A stretch of DNA of 64,000 bases from a bacterium (lineage in GTDB: Bacteria > Zhuqueibacterota > Zhuqueibacteria > Residuimicrobiales > Krinioviventaceae), in assembly GCA_963675755.2 (NCBI GenBank), contig CAXXMD010000002.1:512001-576000 (forward strand). The letters run 5' to 3'. Shown here in pieces: positions 62,157-64,000 of this stretch. The position numbers and the translations under genes were made by a program. The notes beneath the pieces were generated by a model. That model was given only the letters and a program-made list of their open reading frames with translations. It did not search any database and was not told the DNA's origin. Every line of letters starts with the position of its first letter. The first letter of the stretch is position 1.

Positions 62157-62277
62157 TTACTCCGTGTCTTTATTATATAGATGAACAGTAAATAAACAAG
62201 ATTCAAAAATATTGAAATATTGACAGGATTAATTAAGATATATTTTTTTGAAAAGCAATTAAAAATTCAAGAATTGA

Positions 62278-62778
62278 TCAGAGATTCTTTTGATTTTTAG
62301 GAAAGTCAAAAAGCTTAAATTTTCCACTCGATTCGGTAATATCCTGCCAAAATAACGATTCAAATGTTACATAAAATATGCCACAAGTTGGGATATTATC
62401 AACACGATGTTTTGTTAAAAAATAAGCAAGTGAAGTTATATCAGGATTGTGCCCTACAAGATAAACCGTATTGTATTTTTCATCCAGGCTTGTAATTTGT
62501 TTAAACATTGCATGGATACCATTTAAATACAATTCCTTGCAAAGCGAGATTTTTTTCTTGGGGTAATCAGTTTGTTTTGCAATTTTTTTTGCTGTCTTGT
62601 GTGCTCTAACAGCAGGGCTTGAAATAATAAAATCGGGTAGAACGCCCATCTCCTTTAAACGTTTGCCCATAAGCGGTGCATCATGTTTTCCGCGATTGTT
62701 TAAAGGACGTTGTAAATCTGTCAAGTTGGGATGATCCCAACTTGACTTGGCATGTCTTATCAATACAAGATGTTTCAT
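62278..62778 (-). CDS. sixA: SixA-type phosphohistidine phosphatase
   Basis: LIRHAKSSW, RPLN.RG, SSPAVRA..T, LVGHNP. Confidence 0.88.
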   Translation of the reverse strand: MKHLVLIRHAKSSWDHPNLTDLQRPLNNRGKHDAPLMGKRLKEMGVLPDFIISSPAVRAHKTAKKIAKQTDYPKKKISLCKELYLNGIHAMFKQITSLDEKYNTVYLVGHNPDITSLAYFLTKHRVDNIPTCGIFYVTFESLFWQDITESSGKFKLFDFPKNQKNL

Positions 62779-62824
62779 GAGCGTTCTTTACCCGATGTGA
62801 TATCTAGTATTCAAATTTGTTTTA

Positions 62825-63379
62825 TCATTTAGGTACTGGGTGAGCTATTGTTTGCATAGCTGCTGCAAAATCCATTTCTTTATATGTTGGACTTTCAGAA
62901 TTATGACATTTTTTACAAGTTTCTGCAGTTGGTTCTATAGCTCCTACTGCTGCAAAATCTTGTGTTCCTTCATACATGGCTTTCATAACTTTTAAAGATT
63001 TATAAAGTGAACCAGGACCATGACATGCTTCACAACTAATACCTTCTTCCATAGTCAAGGATGCTTCTTTTACAGATGCTGGTTCTTCATAAGCAGTAAC
63101 ATGGCATTTCAAGCATTTGGGTGATTCTTGAGGATTACCTTCAACACCGACTTTTTTTGCTGCTGCTTTTGCTTCTTCTGTTGCAAGTACTTCATAAGCT
63201 TTTGAATGCGGACCTTCCATCCAAACTTTTTGTTGGTTACCGCGTTTTGCACTTTTATGGCAAACGTTACATTTTTTTTCACCAATGTATTTTGCCTGGT
63301 CTTTTTGTGCTGATACATGTGTTGTCAAGAGAGTGAGGGCAAACACAGCACCTAAAACAACAATTATCGCCTTTTTCAT
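62825..63379 (-). CDS. Exported tetraheme c-type cytochrome (cytochrome c554-like family)
   Basis: Signal peptide; four CxxCH motifs (CNVCH, CLKCH, CEACH, CKKCH); YIG..KC..CH, W..GPH and GISCEACHGPG. Confidence 0.88.
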   Translation of the reverse strand: MKKAIIVVLGAVFALTLLTTHVSAQKDQAKYIGEKKCNVCHKSAKRGNQQKVWMEGPHSKAYEVLATEEAKAAAKKVGVEGNPQESPKCLKCHVTAYEEPASVKEASLTMEEGISCEACHGPGSLYKSLKVMKAMYEGTQDFAAVGAIEPTAETCKKCHNSESPTYKEMDFAAAMQTIAHPVPK

Positions 63380-63752
63380 AATAATTTTCCTTTCCTATTG
63401 TTAACCAACTGATAAATGTTAAGGAATAATAATGCAATAATCAAATAGTTTTGTAGAATTTTTCACAGGTTGCTTGAAAAAAGTGCATAATCTGCTTGAT
63501 TTTATATTGATCTATGATTATCATTCTTTAGATACACTGCATTTTTTATATAAATCTTAAAAGTTGTGAAATGTTTATCAGAATTTTCTAAAATAGTTTT
63601 ATTGAAAAAATAATTCATAATCAATTCATATTTGGAGGATACCTTTGTTACATTACAATTACAATATTCATTGGACATAATCATTACCGGATATGTATTG
63701 ATTCATAATTGACATTTGAATTAAATTAATTATTATAAATGAGGCTGCTGAA

Positions 63753-64000
63753 TTGTATAAGAAAATAATATTTATTCTGGTCGGCATTTCTTTGGTCTTT
63801 ATTGGTTGTTCAAGCGATAAAGTACCAACGCCATCAACATCGCATCCTGAAACATGGACCGAAGTTGGCAATGCAGATTTTCACGGCACCAAAGTTCTAA
63901 CTTCAGGACTTGTTTCATGTAAATCGTGCCATGGAAATGATTTTATGGGTGGTGAATCCAAAGTTTCATGTTACAGTTGTCATGAATCTTATCCGCATAC
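63753..64000 (+). CDS. 3'-truncated multiheme c-type cytochrome lipoprotein; absent from the ORF track
   Basis: Manual translation from TTG 63753 (GAGG upstream): MYKKIIFILVGISLVFIGCSSDKVPTPSTSHPETW...FHG...SCKSCHGNDFMGGESKVSCYSCHESYPH. Lipobox FIGC, two CxxCH, frame open to the window end. Confidence 0.85.
   Translation, partial: MYKKIIFILVGISLVFIGCSSDKVPTPSTSHPETWTEVGNADFHGTKVLTSGLVSCKSCHGNDFMGGESKVSCYSCHESYPH

Noticed and set aside
63502-63871. Two short minus-strand ORFs (60 and 67 aa)
   Set aside because: No motifs. One lies in AT-rich regulatory DNA; the other is antisense to the + strand cytochrome gene.

Overview
AT-rich bacterial chromosome segment, almost entirely coding. The gene content (PorV/PorQ-like barrels, DUF4296 lipoprotein, stand-alone PASTA protein, bS22, acidic-tailed S16, sigma70-type promoters with Shine-Dalgarno sites) suggests a non-Bacteroidota member of the FCB group, such as a KSB1/Calditrichota-like lineage; this assignment is inference. 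About 3.9-50 kb is mostly housekeeping: galE, sppA, xseAB-dxs-nadK-mutS, yicC-gmk-rpoZ-coaBC-dnaB-rel, lnt-bamD-nadD, radA-tgt-yajC-fmt-rsmB-rpe, xerD-birA-coaX and ffh-rpsP-rimM-trmD-rplS. About 50-64 kb is a mixed accessory region with blaI/M56, metE, sensors and multiheme cytochromes. I saw no rRNA, tRNA, CRISPR array or transposase. The best candidate for an undescribed system is the apparent operon at the left edge (1-3837). It encodes an NrtA/CmpA-type ligand-binding domain fused to CheW, a Cys-rich DUF169 protein, and a DsrC/TusE-like domain fused to a cysteine desulfurase, which may couple sulfur relay to a chemosensory array. Other notable items: a 30-aa bS22 gene absent from the ORF track, a degenerate UDG-fold gene overlapping dnaB, a response regulator-orthocaspase pair, a Zn-ribbon/Tudor-like protein, a BlaR-like protease with a D-S-L/I-rich tail and two clear operator palindromes, and divergent multiheme cytochrome genes. 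All family calls come from motif recognition by eye; no searches were run.
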